A stretch of 62,176 nt of DNA, filler included, from Nitrospinae bacterium RIFCSPLOWO2_12_FULL_45_22 (lineage in GTDB: Bacteria > 2-12-FULL-45-22): the NCBI GenBank assembly GCA_001803565.1. It is 4 parts of 4 records of this genome, joined end to end, with 100 filler letters (N's around TTAATTAATTAA, not from the genome) between each part and the next. Parts side by side here need not be neighbours in the genome. Positions count along the whole stretch, not along the records: positions 43,629 to 62,176 come from MHDQ01000305.1; 3 more parts are not named here. One strand, 5' to 3'. Both the position numbers and the translations under genes were made by a program. The notes under the pieces are model-generated. The model saw only the letters and a list, made by a program, of their open reading frames with translations, was not told where the DNA came from and did no database searches. This document shows positions 59,733-62,176 of this stretch, piece after piece. The number at the start of each line of letters is the position of its first letter. Within the stretch, counting starts at the first letter, position 1.

Positions 59733-61608
59733 ATGACGGCATTAAAATATCAACCGAAGGGGCTGCAAAAAAAGAGTTTGATGCATCTCAGTTTAATTGG
59801 GGGATGGGTTTGTATTGTAGTCTGGTTCAATCCCCGTTTCTTGCTGTTATTTTCCGAAGCATACTCTATACCGGCAAAGATGTCTTTAATCCTAATGATT
59901 ATTTGCCTCAATATATTCTGGCTCTTTGGAACTTATTTCATCATGCTGTTTGTTTTTGCCTTATTTTCCAAAAGGCGACTATCTCCACCTCCCTTGAAAC
60001 CAACGGAACAGCCAAAGGTCGCTATTCTTTATATGACCAGAAATGATTTTCAGTATGAGGCGGCTCTTTCCTGCCTAAATCAAAAGTACCAAAATTATCA
60101 GCTCTTCATTCTGGATGATAGCACAGAACCGGACAGGATGGAGGAAATAGATAAATTTAAAGAAAAGTTCCCGGAAAAAGTGACTGTGATCCGAAGAAAA
60201 GATCGGAAAGGATTTAAAGCCGGTAGTATAAATAATGCCTTGAGAAATTATGTCCATGATTTCCCTTTTTTCGCCATTATAGACTCTGACGGGGTTATCC
60301 CAGAAGATTTTTTAGCGAGGATGATACCTTATTTTGGATTGGATGAGAGCATCGCTTTTGTCCAGGGAAGCCACCGACCCAAACCATTCCAAAAGTCCAA
60401 ATTTGCATCTGATTTGATTCTCGGGATCATTCCCCTCTGGACAGTCTACTTTTATCCCAGAAACGATTATGGATTTCTTATATTTCTAGGGCATGGAGGC
60501 ATAATAAGACGGGATGTTTGGGAGATAATAGGGGGATTTCCTGAGCTCGTCTCTGAGGATCTAGCCTTTTCTACCAAAGTCGCAGAGTTTGGATATCGGG
60601 GCTATTTTGTTAGCGATGTTATAAGTTATGAGGATTTTCCGGAATCTTACCCGCAGCTTAGGAAGCAACAAGAAAAATATGTGAAGGGAGGTTGTGAATT
60701 CCTTCATAGGAGTTTTTCTTCGTTTTTGCGATCAAAAAAGGTAACCTGGTTTGAGAAGCTGGATGTGTTCCTCTCTTGCTCCACCCTTTTTCTCCCCGCC
60801 TTTTACCTCTTTTTTCTTTTGATATTTTGTTTATTCTGCATATCCGCTTCACTCTCGTAAAGGTCTTCTACCCACAGGATTTAGTGTATGAATATTTCTA
60901 GAAACACCGTATGTAGATACAAGGGGAGTCAACAGGATATGCATATTGTTTATTACTACCCCATTTCTTTGCTGAAGTAAAGCCTATCACTTTTCCTTAG
61001 GCTCTCAGATCAAAATTGCTTCTGCCTACTTCCTAAACAAACGTTTTTACTCTATCTGGAGTTGGGATTTTTATCTGGTAACTCTTTTGATGATGTTTGC
61101 CCCTGTGCTTGGCTGCTTCCACCTTATATTATCCCATCCGATAAAGGTAATTCGGCTCCTTTTCCTATCCACGGTTCCGTATCTTTCCCTGATGGTGGTA
61201 TGCGTTACGGGGGTCTTGAGCTATATTTTAACGGGAAAGGCTGCATTCTTAGTTACGGGTGAAAAGGGCGGAGGGGATACTTTTTATAATTACGCTGAGG
61301 GTAGTGGAGGAAAAACGTCTTGGTTAGAGAGGTTAAATTTTGAACATGGCTCAGTCCGGATCACTGAGCTGATTTTGGGAGTATTTCTTACTTATATATG
61401 CCTCAGAACCTTTAACTTAGCGCTTTTGGCATTTTCTCTATCTTTGGTACTCGGTTATTTTCTCTTTATTTGTGAATGGGAAAATAAAATACTTACCCCT
61501 TTAGTATATCTCCCTTTTTTGTTGATCGTTTTCGGGATAGGATTGTTGGGCTTTAACCTCATGGGGGCCCAGGGGATATTTTTATTATTCTTTCCTATTC
61601 ATTTCTGA
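59733..61608 (+). pseudogene. Second GT2 glycan synthase paralog, disrupted by a MITE and a frameshift
   Basis: Same motifs as 50614..52353 (GFKAGSINNAL, IDSDG, VSEDL); homology continues in 60997-61608. Confidence 0.8.
60836..60945. mobile_element. 110-bp MITE with 9-bp target duplication
   Basis: IR TGCATATCC / GGATATGCA; direct repeat TTGTTTATT at 60827-60835 and 60946-60954. Confidence 0.75.
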
Positions 61609-62007
61609 GTATTTTATCCCTCTCTCAAAGCGTTAACCCCAAACGGGCAATATGTGCCAAATTGTAATGTATAAGCCTTTGTGGATAAAATTAAAAAAAT
61701 CGATTTTGCAGATATCAACAGGGGGCAATAATTATAGTACAATCGTTGCCCATTGGTAATGTGGAGGATTTGGTATGAAGGAGGAAAAGGGTATAAAAAG
61801 AAGCCCAATATTTTAAGTCAAAGTGTTAATTGGGAAATGAAGGATGCCTTTTTTTTGACCTAATATAAGTTACAATACCTTAATAATCTGATAGGTTGTT
61901 TGGATTGTCGTTAGTGGGATGCGAAAGAAGTTTTTATGGAGTGGCAAAGCTTGCTATGCAGAATTTTTTCAGTGGTAATTAATTATCTGATTGATGGGGG
62001 TTAGAAA

Positions 62008-62176
62008 ATGGATAGCAGGTATTTTACGGTGGAGCATGAGGCATTTCGCAAGACAGTACGGGATTTTGTTGAGAAAGAGCTGGTACCCCATATAGACGAA
62101 TGGGAGGAAAAAGAAGAGATGCCCCGGGAGATATTCCCCCGTATGGGACAGTTAGGCTTTTTCGGTTTGCGCTTCC
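62008..62176 (+). CDS. Acyl-CoA dehydrogenase, 5' part (runs off the window)
   Basis: MDSRYFTVEHEAFRKTVRDFVEKELVPHIDEWEE...MGQLGFFG. Confidence 0.8.
   Translation, partial: MDSRYFTVEHEAFRKTVRDFVEKELVPHIDEWEEKEEMPREIFPRMGQLGFFGLRF

Noticed and set aside
61941-61960. TGGCAAAGCTTGCT as a sigma54 promoter for the acyl-CoA dehydrogenase
   Set aside because: GG-to-GC spacing is 8 nt, not the required 10

Overview
Bacterial window from a diderm (BamD present), probably an anaerobe-lineage MAG. It is four contigs joined by artificial 100-nt linkers (44N-TTAATTAATTAA-44N at 23564-23663, 36341-36440 and 43529-43628), so adjacency across those linkers is not biological evidence. Contig 1 (1-23563) is mostly housekeeping: tRNA-Gly(CCC), PrkA, pgsA, bamD, coaX, nadC, valS, secF, tatC, pilT, a strongly divergent B12 acyl-CoA mutase and a 2-hydroxyacyl-CoA dehydratase pair, with many periodic palindromic intergenic repeats. 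Contig 2 (23664-36340) holds a probably sigma54-driven Wza/Wzc exopolysaccharide operon, an internally deleted IS1380 nested in a MITE, and a secreted beta-propeller protein. Contig 3 (36441-43528) is a complete integron: an N-terminally extended IntI, at least 7 attC sites with cassettes on the minus strand, and two further intI remnants. Contig 4 (43629-62176) has an IS982 and the most novel-looking locus: a CBM-like protein, a GT2 glycan synthase, a 2090-aa signal peptide/dockerin/RHS/PLA2-like/3xCBM-like protein, a cohesin-like protein, and a second, disrupted GT2. Four secreted proteins in the window share an unrecognised ~130-aa domain ending in AEPGS(V/A)Q(A/S)GS. All family calls come from motif recognition by eye; no database search was run.
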